64,000 nucleotides of DNA from Octopus bimaculoides (GCF_001194135.2 NC_068983.1:103356836-103420835), one strand, 5' to 3'; positions 1 to 14,274 are shown, counted from the stretch's first letter. The notes: a model not told the origin generated them from the sequence alone. Numbers and translations: made by a program.

Positions 1-71
1 TTGAATATTTTTTTAGCAGTGCAGCCCTCCTCGTATGCAAACCGCTTCTCGAAAACGGTCGCCCATGCCTG
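1..71. mobile_element. Probable terminus of a hAT-type MITE running off the window edge
   Basis: Minus strand reads CAGGCATGGGCGACC...GAGGGCTGCAC, resembling hAT TIRs. The other end is outside the window. Confidence 0.4.
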
Positions 72-482
72 TTCTATCTGATCGACAAACCAAGTGGAGA
101 TAACATCGATGGCTCGAGATAGGAAGAAGTAAAAATAACAGTCGTTCAACCTAGATAACAGAAATCCTCATTAAGATACTGACAAAACATTTCCACGATA
201 CTCATATGATATATAAATAAATACTTTTATATTTAACAGAATTTTAAGACATTCCTGAACAACGACAACAAAAAGAAACAAAAGCACGAACTGCTTTTTT
301 CCGTTATTATGTAAGGAGATTGGATTAGATACGGTTTGATCCAATATTTCACACAGAATTTCAGCAGGTTGTAACAAGCTATTATGCTATTAGAAAAGCA
401 CTAAAACCAGTCACTCAGCCTCTTTTGACCTTCAGTAATGATATTAAGAGAGAGAAAAAATCATTACTGACTAGATAGATAG

Positions 483-537
<55 letters not shown>

Positions 538-1338
538 TAGATAGATAGATAGATAGAAGGAGGGAAGGAAAAGAGAGAAGGCGAGGGAGAAAAAAGGTTC
601 AGCAAAGCTAATTTGAGCAGTAGCTTTGTTATCTAATATAACGTATGCTCACTAAAACACACTTGAAATACAATAATAGATATGGTTTTAAACCAATAAT
701 ATGGACTTCATCATGACATACTTTTTTCTCGTTTGGTGTGTTGCGTAAAGGATGTGCCTGTGTGTGTGAGTGTGTACTTGCATTATGGGTCACATGTATT
801 TACGCAAGTGCTCGTGGATTCAGAGTGTGCATGAAGTATGCTCGTATATTCATCTATGTCAGATTTTCCGGTTTAGCTAAACAAGCACTGTATAGTTACT
901 TGATTTATCATATTCAGCTATGTGTGTTGTGTTGTATTCAATGTGCATTACATATGCATGAGAGTTGTCTGCGTTACAAGTATGCTTTCAACTGTGTTAA
1001 ATATGCATCTTCATGTAATATACGTTGTGTAGTTAGGTAAGTGTGCCACGTATGTCGTATGCACTTGATAATCACATTACAAAAAAAAAATACTAAACGT
1101 ATACATACGTATATCAACGTTTTCACGCTAATTATATTTAATTAAAGAAATTAATTACATCTTGGATCGAGATACATAATAACAGGTATTGAATTACAAA
1201 ACTAAGCCAACCCTTTCTTACAGAGCTGAAAATGACACAAACTTACAGAAGATGAAGATGGAGAGAAAACAATAACAGTCATGATAATTATGAAATTATT
1301 CAGTGGAAGTTTTTAAAGCAAGACAATATATACTTAGG

Positions 1339-1680
1339 GGTAGGCGTGGCTGTGTAGTAAGAAACTTGCTTCCTAACCATATGGTTCTGGGTTTAGTCCC
1401 ACTGCGTGGCACCTTCGGCAAATTAACTTCTACTATAGCCTTGAGCCGACCAAAGCCTTGTGAGTGGATTTGGCAGACGGAAACTGAAAAAAGCCCGTCG
1501 TATATATATGTGTGTGTGTGTTTACATCCCCGTAACTTACCGGTTCGGTATAAAAAGACCGATAGAATAAGTACTTGGCTTACAGAGAATAAGTCTTGGA
1601 GGCGATTTCTTCCACTAAAACCTTTTAAAGTGGTGCCCCAGCATGGCAGCAGTCAAATAACTGAAACAAGTAAAAGAATA
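1339..1680 (+). mobile_element. tRNA-derived SINE family A
   Basis: TGGCTGTGTAGTAAG...GGTTTAGTCCC head, central (TA/TG)n, tail ...GGTGCCCCAGCATGGCAGCAGTC...GAAACAAGTAAAAG. Confidence 0.85.
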
Positions 1681-1701
1681 AAATATATACAGGTATATAT
1701 A

Positions 1702-2689
1702 CAGGGTGCATAAAGTATTTGAGGACATACCCTTTTTGGGTCATTGCTGCATTTTTTGCTAACTCTGTATAATCTTTGTTTCAGAAAATAATAATGGCAC
1801 ACCCTCAGCTTACTCAAGAAATGAAGAAGCATGCTATTATTGTGGTTATAAAAGCTGAGCATAGCGATTTAGAAATATTTTGATTTTTAAAAGTTACCAG
1901 ATCTTTCGTCTACAAAGTTTGTAAGAAACTATAGACTGAAGATGGAAACGTGTCACCAGTATCAAAGCATAAAAAGCATTCTAAACGCTCTGAAATCATC
2001 AGAACACCTGGATTTATCCAGCAAGTTCAACCGACCATTGATTACAGTCCCAGAAAGTCCATGAGGTAAATTGCAGAAGATCTCCATGTATCAGAAGGAA
2101 CAATCAGAAATGTTGTCCACAAAGACATCAGATAGAAGTCTTATTTGATGAGGAAAAGTCAATTTGTGAGAAAAAGTAAAAAAAAAAATCACTACATCAG
2201 ATCTAAAAGCCTCTTAAACAAACTGAAGACAGTGTTTACAATGGAAGGCCATATGAGTTTCAATAATAAGACTCTGCACTATCACATAGAGCTCTATGGC
2301 TGAAAATGTTCATGATCAGATAACCCCTAACGTTTGGCCTCCTAATTCCCCAGATCTCAATCCACTGGACTATTACATGTGGAGCGTTGTTGAGAGAGAG
2401 AGAGAGGTCAATGAACACGCCCATAACATCAAATATTCATTGAAAGCCACCATCGTCAGAGTAATGTCCAAAATGAACCAGGACCACTTGATTCAAGCAT
2501 GTAGATGAATTAGGTCTCATATAGAAGCAGTTGTTGAGCTGAAGGTGGCTTTATTGAATAATATTACAGAAAAGAAGGGTTATTTTTTATCCTCATATAG
2601 CATTTTTTGATAAATAAAGTTATTATCCGTTATTATATATGTTTTTTTTTATAAACATAAATCTGTCCTCAAATATCTTACGCACCCTA
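1702..2689 (+). mobile_element. Tc1/mariner element (maT/DD37D-like), internally deleted, transposase pseudogenised
   Basis: TIRs CAGGGTGCATAAAGTATTTGAGGA / TCCTCAAATATCTTACGCACCCT after TA. HTH-region remnants with stops, and WPPNSPDLNPLDYYMW in ORF 2296-2508. Confidence 0.85.
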
Positions 2690-2699
2690 GCGTTCGAGA

Positions 2700-3420
2700 C
2701 ATACACACTTCACGTCTGGCTGTACAGCCTTTTTGTTTGTTTATTTCACCGTTTCGTTTTCCTGTCTTGTTTTCCGTCCGCCACTACCCTCCACGAAAAT
2801 AATTTAATTTGTGTTCGTGGGAAGAACCATTTTAACGATGCGTACTGCCTTAATTCTTCGAAACGCCGGAGTTTTAATGGTGGCAGCTGATGGAGGGGAT
2901 GTTTCTATGTGGCCTGCTTGTTTGTTGCACCTTGTTTACCATTTTTGTCCTTGTTCTTTTGCCACGTCATGTACCCAGTTATGTATCTATATGTACATGT
3001 GGNNNNNNNNNNNNNNNNNNNNNNNNNNNNNNNNNNNNNNNNNNNNNNNNNNNNNNNNNNNNNNNNNNNNNNNNNNNNNNNNNNNNNNNNNNNNNNNNNN
3101 NNNNNNNNNNNNNNNNNNNNNNNNNNNNNNNNNNNNNNNNNNNNNNNNNNNNNNNNNNNNNNNNNNNNNNNNNNNNNNNNNNNNNNNNNNNNNNNNNNNN
3201 NNNNNNNNNNNNNNNNNNNNNNNNNNNNNNNNNNNNACAGGTATGTGCATACCGACATCCACCTGTATGTATAGGTGCATATCTGGGTACAGGACATTGC
3301 ACACAAACGTAGACGAGAACACACGAGCCACATAGAGAACATTCTACTTCTTCAGCTACCCACGTTTTAACACCGGCGTTTCGACACACACACAACATTT
3401 CACCACGACAAACAAAACGA
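2700..3420. repeat. Two diverged, oppositely oriented copies of an interspersed repeat (family P2, possibly Penelope-like ends) flanking a gap
   Basis: 2850-3002 (+) and 3237-3390 (-) share GAAACGCCGG..CAGCTGAnG..ATGTT.CTATGTGGC..GTACCCAG.TATG. Further copies at ~6440-6580 (-) and ~34005-34200 (+). Confidence 0.65.
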
Positions 3421-4655
3421 AAGTAAAGTATCAGGGATGAGAAATATATCAAGCGTATTGCGTTATCGGGGAGTCGTGTCATGACAAAGCATGCCAGCAG
3501 TCAAACGCGTCTGTTTGCAGTTAGAGAGAAACCAAACTGATAACTGAAAATTCATTTGGACAATCCACTACAAATCCGGTCTGTCATCTGCTACCAGCAA
3601 ACGAAGTAGAACGAACAGATAAATGAAAAGATAAATATCGGCGCCTTTTACGGGTTTGAGTCATAACACCAAACATAAGAAGGCTCAATTCAAATGATCT
3701 AAAATCAGAATATCGAAAAGCCGAAATTCCGAATACTCATGATACCAAGAAGAAAATATGAAAAAAACCCCCAGAAATTTGAAACAATGATTACGATTAT
3801 TATTTGTGAGTAAATATGCACGTTACATTTCGCTTGTCTTTGTTAAGCACCATAACATAATAAAATGTTATAATAGAATCTCTTTCGAAACCATAAATAA
3901 ATATAATTTGAGAGCGTTTTCCGTGTTCCTTCACCCTAAAATATTTCAAAATTCGATGTTCTGAGCATTCGATCTTTCAAGCGTTCGGTCTTCAGATTAC
4001 CACACACATGTATTTGTTTGGCTTAGGTCAGACCGAATTGAGTAAACTTAAAATCTAAGAAAGACAATCTAATCGTAGTTATCCCCATCTTATTTTTAGA
4101 TTTGGTATATCTCAGACTGTATTATCTAATGCCTTCTTTCTAAAACGATAGAATCTGATCTGAAGGATTTTGGTTGGCTATTTCGGTGTTCGTAGTTTTG
4201 GGTGATCGCATGGGTGCTAGTGGCAATAGTTTTAATGATAATGATGGTTGTAGTGTTTTTAACCATCCTAGAACCGTTACCAAAGTAGACGCAGACACAA
4301 CTTAGAAGCAATCCACCTATAGACAAGAAATACAAACAAGAAATAACTCAATTCCCTTGTGACTGATGTAAAAAGAACAAAAATACAACTGGATTCTGTG
4401 TTAGCTGTTTTCCCTTTAAAATGTATACACACCCTATTTCAAGTTACACCAGATATAGTCAGTCTCTCACTGCTATTCTCACTCTGACATTCCTCAAAGC
4501 TGCCAATGTTGCTTTCTCTTTCCTAAGCCTATTATATTAAGACACACATCACACACAAACATATACATATTTATACAAACATTTATATACATACACACAC
4601 ACACACACACACACAGACATATAGATATATAAATACACACACACACACACACACG

Positions 4656-4696
<41 letters not shown>

Positions 4697-5635
4697 ATTC
4701 ATATAAACACATACATATTATATACACATATATACATATCTACACACACACGTATGTGTTTCTGGGGGTCTGTGTGTGTACGGATATCACCGCCATCGTT
4801 TTGACATCCTTCCTCTCACTCCACCATACCTTATCCCTCAGACTTGTATGGGTTGGATTATGGATGTAGCAATGCTAGTATGTACACCATCACAACCACC
4901 ACACTCATCACCATTTTTACGTCTCTCTTTCAGTGTTGGCAGAGATTTAACTTCATATATACGAATTCCAGTGCTGTTGTGAGTTGGGCAGAAAGAAAAT
5001 ATTCTGTTTGTGTGTGTACACACACACACACACACTGCAAGGTCTCATATAATATAAAGAGTTGAATAACTTTGATAATCTGTGCTAGTACCATTCCAGG
5101 GTGTGCTATAAGCAGGGGAGATAACTTAAATACACTCGATCAAAATTTTAGAGAAATAAAAAGAAGTTCGACTGTCTTTTCTATGTACCATTTGAAGATT
5201 GTTGATTTGATCAACTTTACTTGTCCCTAAAAATGTATGGCACTGTTACCGTAACAAGCTATTCATTTCTTAATCACGGCGATCCGTGGTGCTGGTGTTT
5301 ATCACTTTTTTAAAAATCTTATATTTTCCCTTCAATTTTAAGCAAACGAGGGACAGATTTTCCTGAAGAAACAATTAATTTTTATAGCACTGCAAGATAA
5401 TGAACTCGTTAACTCTACAGAGCAACCGCTACATTGGACGCTGAGGTATACAGCGTGTGGTCCCTAGATACATATAAGTGAACTCTACCGCTAAAAGTTA
5501 TAGTGGGCTCAGAGTACACACAATATGGCAAAATTTCCATTTATTTATCTGGCACCCTATGGAAGATAGTCAATACTGATAAGTATTATATCCTTGCGCA
5601 TTAACAGAAAGATGTGTGTGCGTGTTTTTATGTAT

Positions 5636-5915
5636 CTTTTACATGTTTCTGTCATTGGATAGCAGCCATGCAGTGACTCCACACTGAAGGGTTTAGCTGA
5701 ACAAATCGACCTTCGTACTTCCGTACTTATTTCTTTTAGTCTGGTACATATGGTCTTAATCTCTTTTGCTAACCCGTTGGGTTACACGGACATAAACAAA
5801 GCAAAAGCAGCTTTCAGTACACAGGCACACACACATATATAGGCTTCTTTCAGTTTCCGTCGACCAAATCTATCCACGAGGCATCGGTCGCTCTGAGGCT
5901 ACAATAGAAGACACA
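5636..5915 (-). mobile_element. SINE family A (5'-truncated, diverged)
   Basis: Reverse-complement match to the family A body and tail. Confidence 0.7.
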
Positions 5916-6960
5916 TAACTGAGGAGTTCATTTTCATTGCACATCTTATGTGGTGTTCTCACTACATAAATAAATTAAGTTTGTACGAAACGTACGTATT
6001 GCTATAACCTAATGAATTTTTGTTGCTTTTCTTCAATATATATANNNNNNNNNNNNNNNNNNNNNNNNNNNNNNNNNNNNNNNNNNNNNNNNNNNNNNNN
6101 NNNNNNNNNNNNNNNNNNNNNNNNNNNNNNNNNNNNNNNNNNNNNNNNNNNNNNNNNNNNNNNNNNNNNNNNNNNNNNNNNNNNNNNNNNNNNNNNNNNN
6201 NNNNNNNNNNNNNNNNNNNNNNNNNNNNNNNNNNNNNNNNNNNNNNNNNNNNNNNNNNNNNNNNNNNNNNNNNNNNNNNNNNNNNNNNNNNNNNNNNNNN
6301 NNNNNNNNNNNNNNNNNNNNNNNNNNNNNNNNNNNNNNNNNTATATACTAATGTGTCCATCTATTTTAATTAAATTAAATTCTATATATATATATATATG
6401 CATATATACATACGTATATGTACATACTTACATCTATATGTATATACATATGCATATATGGGCACAGGACGTCAAGAAACACGTAAAACAAAAAATACGA
6501 AGCACGAGTACATGGAATATGAAGTATTTTTTCGAACAACAAAAGACACAAATGGAAAACAAGACAAACAACAGCCCACTTCCTAACAGGCATTGCTCCT
6601 TGCTCTTTTGGCCTTAGATATACATAGATTTGATAAACTAGTCTATAAATTAATGCTGACCCCATAAAACAGTGACAAGCAAAATCTGTAACAAGTCTTT
6701 CTTCCTGATACCTTAGTAACTTCTAAGCTGAAGTGAAGACAGAATATTCTCTGTCTATCTCCTTACCTTCTTAGAGATTTTAGGTAAAATTATACTAATG
6801 TGTCCATCTATTTCAATTTAATTAAATTTTATGTCTTTATGCAGCTGAGGATTGCTCTGCATTTAAATTGATGTAATGATTGCATTGTTCAATTAAATGG
6901 AGTTGCTTGAAACGACCGTACTGCATTACCTCTGGATATCCTTGTTGCTTATTTTGATTT

Positions 6961-6991
<31 letters not shown>

Positions 6992-7005
6992 GAGGATATG
7001 ATACA

Positions 7006-7071
<66 letters not shown>

Positions 7072-7426
7072 GACAGACAGGCAGGCAAGCAGGCAGACAG
7101 ACAGATAGATAGATATGATACATGCATATATATAAATATATATATAAAATGTGTGAGAGAGAGTTGAAATGGTTAACCTAACCCTCCACTGATGCAGTAT
7201 TGTTGAATGCGGGGGACAGATCTATATATATTTTACTATTCAAAGCGTATTTCTCTGGAGAAAAGGGAATATTTGCTGCATTTTATCTCTAGCCATCTCC
7301 AATATAACTTAACCAATCTTCTTTTCTGCATTGTGTTAACATGTTGCTATATCAACATACTACTACTTAGGGTGCATAAATTTATATCTGCTACAGATAC
7401 TACAACCTTTTATTGATGCATATATA

Positions 7427-7457
<31 letters not shown>

Positions 7458-10400
7458 ATATATAGATATAGATGCACACACTAACACATCATGTACTCAT
7501 GTAGTTATGTACTTCACAAAAATCTTAGACCTAAATAAATGTGTATCATATCCTTGAGAAATATTACTACAAATAGACGAATAACCTTTTATTTACTTAC
7601 TATTACTGCGAATAAAAACTGGTTTTATGAATTCCCATGGCTTGTGGATCATCAGTTTATCATGTGTAAGTCTGCGTATACATATTCCTTTTCTTTATTT
7701 CCCCTTATGCTTAGCTTTGTTTGTCAGATGTGAAGCGGGGGGGGGGAGCATTGCCATTGATTTTTACAAGTTCTCCCACATGATAATAGATTGTTGTGGT
7801 TACTGTTTACTCTGTACCTATTGCAGGTTGATGTCTGAAGAAAAACTTGATTTCAGAGGATTACGATTCTGTGTAGAAATTATTGCACAATAACTGAGAC
7901 AATTTCCAATCTTTCAAGTTAACACTGCACAGTCACGGGCCCCACTTAGCTCATTCCTCTCCAATTGCTCTCAATTATCTGTATTTACTGAACATTTTCA
8001 CTTACATGCAGCATTACAGTTTTGGCACAACTCTCATAGATTCTAGCTTTTGTATCGCAAGAGAAATGATTTGCTGCCAACAGAAGTAGTTGTTCTCTCA
8101 ACATTCCCAACCCTTCTCACACCCTACTTCAGTTACAACTGTCTTCATCACTAACATCTCTTAAAGTAACAGAACTTTACTACTGCTGCTACAAACAAGC
8201 TACTTAAGCAGTCTATGGTCTTCAATGCATGGCCACTTGTGCCCCAAGCTAGTCCAGAGCATTTGGTGCTCTTAGAGCTGGTTTTTTTGTTTGTTTGTTT
8301 TTTTTTTGTCAGTCAACTGTAGATCTACTTACACACTTTTACATCCATTGTTCATACTATTATGTGGTAGTGTTGAGTCTTTGAGTCTTGCTAGTGTTCT
8401 GTGGTAATTAACTTGATGTCCCACTTTTCTCGGCTCATATCTTAAAGCTAACTTTCCAATTCACCTCTCAAGAGTGGATGAGATAAAACTGTCAAGTTCA
8501 ATTCTATTTGTGATCAATTGAAATTTTGAAAGTTTTTTTCTCTTTTATGTGGGACTAACTTTCATTAACATTAATGTTTGCTTGTTTTTATTTATTTATT
8601 TTTTTTGCATTATAGTTATAATTTCAATTGATTAAAAATCATTTTCAACTTGCCACATCAAATATAGTAGCCTGCACTTAACTATAAGTTCAAGGTTTGA
8701 CTCAATCAATTGCAACTCTTCTTTAAGGGTAACTTTCGGCCCATGATCATCATCTCTAACACTGTTTTAGTACCCATTTTCTCACCATTTTCATGGGTTT
8801 AAGAGAAGCCTACAGTATAACATGTTTGCATTTCTTTCAATCCTGAATCGTTCTTCCAAGAAACCCAGCATTCCAAGATCAAACCATCACTCCAGAAATT
8901 TATACCTGAGCCATGTTCATTTTTTCACTGCCAGTTTATGGCATTTGCCACTCATCAGTTTATACAGTATCAGAATAGGCATCTTATGCTCCTCTATATG
9001 CCAGTTGATGTTTTTAGTACCTGCTAAAAGACAATTTTACGGAAACTTAAAAGAAAAACATCATAGAAGAAGTTAAGATAACAGAAATGAGTTATAAAAT
9101 AAACTTCCTGTCTACCTTCTCAATACCCCAAATACACATTCCCACAAAGTGAAATGAGATGGAGGATATTATAGTGTAATGTAAGTCCAAAGACACTTTC
9201 AAAGTCTGATACTTAGCTTCATTTTTATGTTAAGTGAATGGAGGATGGGAGAGGTAGTACAATACAGTGTTCTACCAATAAAATAGTGTATTTGAGCTCA
9301 AGATCTATGAGCTGAGCAAATGGTCTAATAGCTTATGCACTCAGCCATCTTTCTTTTGTTATAATATTGAAGAACATCAATATTTATTTATTTAAGACGT
9401 CATTAAAAAGGTGCAACAGCAAAGTTCCTTGTTGCCAACACCAGAAGAAAATCTTAAGTACATCAGACTTCATCAGTCTTTCAGCCAGTTAAGTATTGTA
9501 CTTTTCCATCTGACTGGCAAGTACTGCATTTAGATGCTCTACTCACTACCTCTTAAGGTGTTGTTTTACTCCTCCACAATATCCAACATGAGCCAAACTC
9601 TGTCACCTAACAAACCTGCCTAACCACTCTCAAAACTACAATCTATCTCTCAATAGCAAGCCCAGCAAAGCTTGAGCACTCATCCTTCTTCACGTATACA
9701 GTCCTGTCAGCCCTCCATTTCTCTTACATTTTTTTATTATTACTGTATATTTTCCTATCTTCCTCTCACTTTCTCCATCCTTGTCTCCCATGGCACAGTC
9801 AACTCCATGATAACCACAAATCATCCTTCAGAAAAAAAATCACATCAGATCTCAAGGTTATGTTCACGATCTCTCAGTCATCTGCTATGAAGCATATTGT
9901 ACTTTTTTTAATCATTTAATTAAAAACATTTCAGTCGTGTCCACTCCATTCATCTTTCATTGCATATCTACATTTACATTATCTTTTACTTTTATCTTGT
10001 ATTTGTTTCAGTCATTGGACTGCACTCATTGCTAACATCAACAATTACAAACTCTTTACACTTATTTTCTATTGTTTCTCTTGATTCATGTACTTTATTA
10101 AGACCATCGACGGTGCTCAGCTACATGATCATTTAATAACACCCTCCATGAACCAAGAGGTAGATTGACCCACAAGAAATAGCAATCAAATCTCCCTTAA
10201 ATCTTAACAAGTATAAGGGCACATTGAACAATGTAGTCTTCGATGATAAGGTCTGCTCAGTAAGATCTAATTGGAGCTAAACAACAGTACAACCTCTTAA
10301 GCCACAACAGTTGCTCCATTGCAGTGCTGCACAAAACTGTTTGACATCAATAAGAATTACAGCACAAACACAACAGCAGCAACAACAATGATGATGGTTT

Positions 10401-10842
10401 CAATGCCCCCATCACCACTAGGTCATATGCAAGTCACCGATTAATTCTCAACAACTTTATTACTATATTTAGAGGGAAANNNNNNNNNNCCACTAGGTCA
10501 TATGCAAGTCACCGATTAATTCTCAACAACTTTATTACTACATTTAGAGGGAAAAAAAAATTTTTTCTAAAAAATTTGTGTCATGTAAACTTTGGAAATA
10601 AAGGAAGTGAACACAAAAGGAGAAAATTAATTTATAAAAAGACAAAAAACAAAAGGATCTTTACAAGTCGCTTTGTTAACATCTTTTTGTTAAAAACATA
10701 CAAAATGTAAGTCTTTATGTGTATATCTCTGTGTAACATAACTCTAGTAATTTTTCCCTTCTTCATAACAAAAGAATAGATTCAAAGTATAATTACAGAA
10801 ATAAATGATTAAAGTAATCCCTCTGGCTAAGAAAATTTCACT

Positions 10843-10881
<39 letters not shown>

Positions 10882-10893
10882 CTGCATGCACAT

Positions 10894-10924
<31 letters not shown>

Positions 10925-11563
10925 CAAGGAACCGCCTTTAGCTAAGAACACTGAATAGTCAGGTATTTTTCTGGGTTTAAGTTTTGTACAGAGCTATGTA
11001 AGAATTGCACTAACATAACTGCAAGCTATCTGGATAGAAGCGTGAGAAGCTGGTATCAGGCAGAGGAGAAGGGGAGGTCTTTAACTCTGACATTAATGGC
11101 ATGAGTACAGGAAACCAATTCTCTTTCAGTATGGAGTTTCCGGTGTTATTTCAGTTGACAACCAAGCTACATGCAATTAATGTAAATTGTGCTTGGAAAC
11201 CCTTAAAAAAGAACAAATAAGATCATGATGTAAGCTCACTAAATATAACAATGTAAAAACTGTCTGGAAACAGTAGGAATAGAACTCAGAAACAAAACTG
11301 AACTAAACTAAACCAAAAATAAAATCAAGATATAAAACAAAAAAGGGGGACTAGATTGCTTTAGGAATCTAGATATTTTGCATTTGAAGACCAAGAGAGA
11401 TGGCTCTGGCAGTACAAATTGAAACTAGATGATATATTGCATATTGATTTATTAATTCATTATTCTGAGTCCAAATCCAGCCAGATCTAACATTAGTTTT
11501 TTTGTTTTTTTTTCATTTCTGCAACAATTAATAAAATAGTAACTGTTACACACACTCAACATT

Positions 11564-11627
<64 letters not shown>

Positions 11628-11659
11628 AGATAGATAGATATACATACACATACACACAG

Positions 11660-11850
11660 AGCACCTGTGTAGTGCCATGTAAAAGCATGCAGCACACTCT
11701 CTAAGTGACTGGCATTAGGAAGGGCATCCAGCCATAGAAATCATGTCAAATCAGATTGGAGTCTGATGCACCCCACTTCACCCACCCACTTGCTAGTTCC
11801 GGTCAAACTGTTCAACCAATGCCAGTATGACCAATGGACTTTAAATGATG
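11660..11850 (+). mobile_element. RTE-type 3' tail repeat (family B)
   Basis: TGGCATTAGGAAGGGCATCCAGC...TTAAA(TGA)n. Confidence 0.7.
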
Positions 11851-11869
11851 ATGATTATGATATATTATC

Positions 11870-12220
11870 ATCATCATCCTCATTGTTTTAACATCCACTT
11901 TCTCATGTTTGCATGGGTCCAAAACAATTTGTTGAGACAGAACTTCTACTACAGTATGCCTTTCTGTTGCCAATTCTCAACTGTTTCTAAGCAAAGTAAT
12001 ATTTCCCTATAACCACATATTTTCATGCAAACTTGGAAACTAATGACATTAGTGGTATGTCAGTGACGTTCATTTATGACTATGACACAATGTCAAGACA
12101 ATGAGGCACATCTACAAACACACACACACTTGATAGGCTTATTTCAGTTTCAATCAATTAAATCTACTCATATAAGACCATGCAGTGGGACAGAAGCTGA
12201 AATCATGTGTGGGAGGCAAA
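11870..12220 (-). mobile_element. SINE with a family A head and RTE-type 3' tail (family A')
   Basis: Family A head in reverse, a different body, and ...GGATGTTAAA(ACA)ATGAGGATGATG tail. The same architecture occurs at 45075-46905 and 51895-52260. Confidence 0.65.
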
Positions 12221-12596
12221 CAAATATACCACACATTTAATATTTCATGAAACCTAATGAAGTTAAAATTGAAATCCTCTTGGTTTCAAATGTGCTGTCT
12301 CTCAAAGGTATAAGCTTAAATTTATGGTAAGAATCATTCAGTGAGTTCTTAGAAAAGGTTATGCACAGGACACCTGAGAGCAATTAGTAAGAAAAGTGTT
12401 GATCAATTAAGTATCACAAAGTTAATTCAATCAATTATATCTCTGCTCAATATAAGTGCACATTGTATCTAGTCAAAAAATCAATATTTGTTATTCAAAT
12501 CTTGCTTGCATTGGTTATCATACAATTTCTTGGCTGTATCCATATCATTAATATATCAAAGATAAATAAAGAAAATAATGAAGATGATGTAATCAA

Positions 12597-12945
12597 GGTA
12601 CAGGTGTGCATGTGTGGTAAGAAGTTTGCTTACAGTCACCATGGTTCTGGGTTCAATCTCATTGCATGGCACTTTGGGCTAATGTCTTCTACTATAGCCT
12701 CAAGCCAACCAATACCTTGTGGTAGACTGAAACTGAAAGAAGCTTGTCATGTATATACACATACACACACACACACATCTGTGTTTTTCTGTTTATGTTT
12801 GTCTCCTGCCACTGCTTGACAGCCAGTGTTGTTTTGTTTATGCCCCTATAACTTAGTCTGGCAAAAAAGGAATAAGTACCAGACATCTTAAAAAAAAGGT
12901 ACTTGCATTGACTTTGTAACTAAAACCTTCAAGACATTGCTCTAG
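12597..12945 (+). mobile_element. SINE family A (diverged)
   Basis: Head GTGTGGTAAGAAGTTTGC...GGTTCAATCTC and family A body. Confidence 0.75.
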
Positions 12946-13219
12946 ATAAACTCTTATATCATGCAGAAAATGGTATCAACAGGTGTGTACTTTTCCAGTT
13001 GAATATAACCATTTGTTTTTGTCAGTTACTCGATACTCTGAAACTTGGGTACAAATAAGCAGGTAGTTAAACATTTAAATACATGAATGAGCACCACGAA
13101 CTAGAAAACAAGCTTCCAGTGAACCAATTTTGTAAGCTGATTTTGATATGCAGTTGCAATTATAACACTAATACCCTTGAAAACCATGAATTTGATACCT
13201 GCTCAAATTCCTTTCCTGC

Positions 13220-13317
13220 TAAAAAGCTTTAGCTTCATGCTTACCTGGAGAAAACAATTTTACACCTGTGTTCTCATGTTAAAAAGCTTTAGCTTCATGC
13301 CTACCTGGAGAAAGCAA
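13220..13317. repeat. Tandem duplication, period 60 bp
   Basis: TAAAAAGCTTTAGCTTCATGCYTACCTGGAGAAARCAAT at 13220 and 13280. Confidence 0.85.
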
Positions 13318-14274
13318 TGTGGCATTTGCATTAGTTATACTAAAACATTATTAATAAAGTCATAGCAACTTACATCAAGAACTAGAAAATGCTTTCTATA
13401 TTCAAACAGTGAAATAGCCGATCAATTGGTACCAAGCAGAGTAAAGAAATTCAGGCAATTGGATATTAGATATGAAAGCTGGTTACAAGACAGATAGATG
13501 TAAATTTTCCTACCAAAGATAACAGCAAACAAGATAACAATGATAACACCGAGAAAATGGTAGCATGGAACTGATATCTTAATCTTCATGTGTACATTTT
13601 TATATATACTTCCACCACAGAAGAAAATTCAGTTGCTTTTGTATAAAATTACAATAAATTCATTTCAACATGTGTGTGTATATAGACATATGTACACCTT
13701 TCTCTCTCCAATGAAACACCATAGCTGTAAGGTTAATGTGTTGGACTACTAATCACTTCATTGTCATGACACTTACTCGCAACAATTATACTGAGTTTCT
13801 GAGCAAGGGATATGACTTTGTCTCAGTCTTCAAGGTTGACAACAGGTCCCACTTCAACTTCACAGTTGAGTAAATTACCAGCAGAAGCGTGTACAGCTGT
13901 TAAAACAACTGTTTAAACAATATGCAAATGAGCAAATTTATAAAATCTTTCTGCCCCCCCAAGACTGGAAAATGGATGTAAAACAGAATGAAAAAATATA
14001 TTTCTAACTTCCTTTCAGCAACAAGATTTAAAAAAGCATACGATTAAATTTCTTGATAAAGTCAATATTTACAAAACCTACACTAGCAAACACTTGCAAA
14101 CTAGTTTTTATGAGGTTGGCTGTCAGCCTGTACTCACTATTTATATTTTTAAGACATAGAAGATCTATTTATACATGAGTATATCAGTACTCTGGGCACA
14201 TCAAATAAAAATACCTTGCAGTAGTTATTCTTTTTGAATTATGTTTCTTTATATTAAGTGGGACATAAGGGCTA

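Noticed and set aside
8918-8967. Minus-strand CTGATGA-GTGGC-AAAT-GCCAT-AAA-CTGGCAGT-G, a hammerhead-like string
   Set aside because: G12 is missing, the cleavage triplet ends in G, and stem I does not pair. Most likely chance.
8640-9030. Protein-looking minus-strand frame (GTKNINWHIEEHKMP...)
   Set aside because: It has several stops and no recognisable motif, and cannot be distinguished from chance or ancient TE decay.
10436-10555. Direct duplication of ~65 bp around a 10-N gap
   Set aside because: Near-identical copies on either side of a minimal gap indicate a contig-overlap or haplotype artefact.
11030-11202. Strong minus-strand acceptor followed by a frame with one internal TGA (possible readthrough or selenocysteine)
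   Set aside because: No readthrough context or SECIS element seen. A plain terminal exon or chance is more parsimonious.
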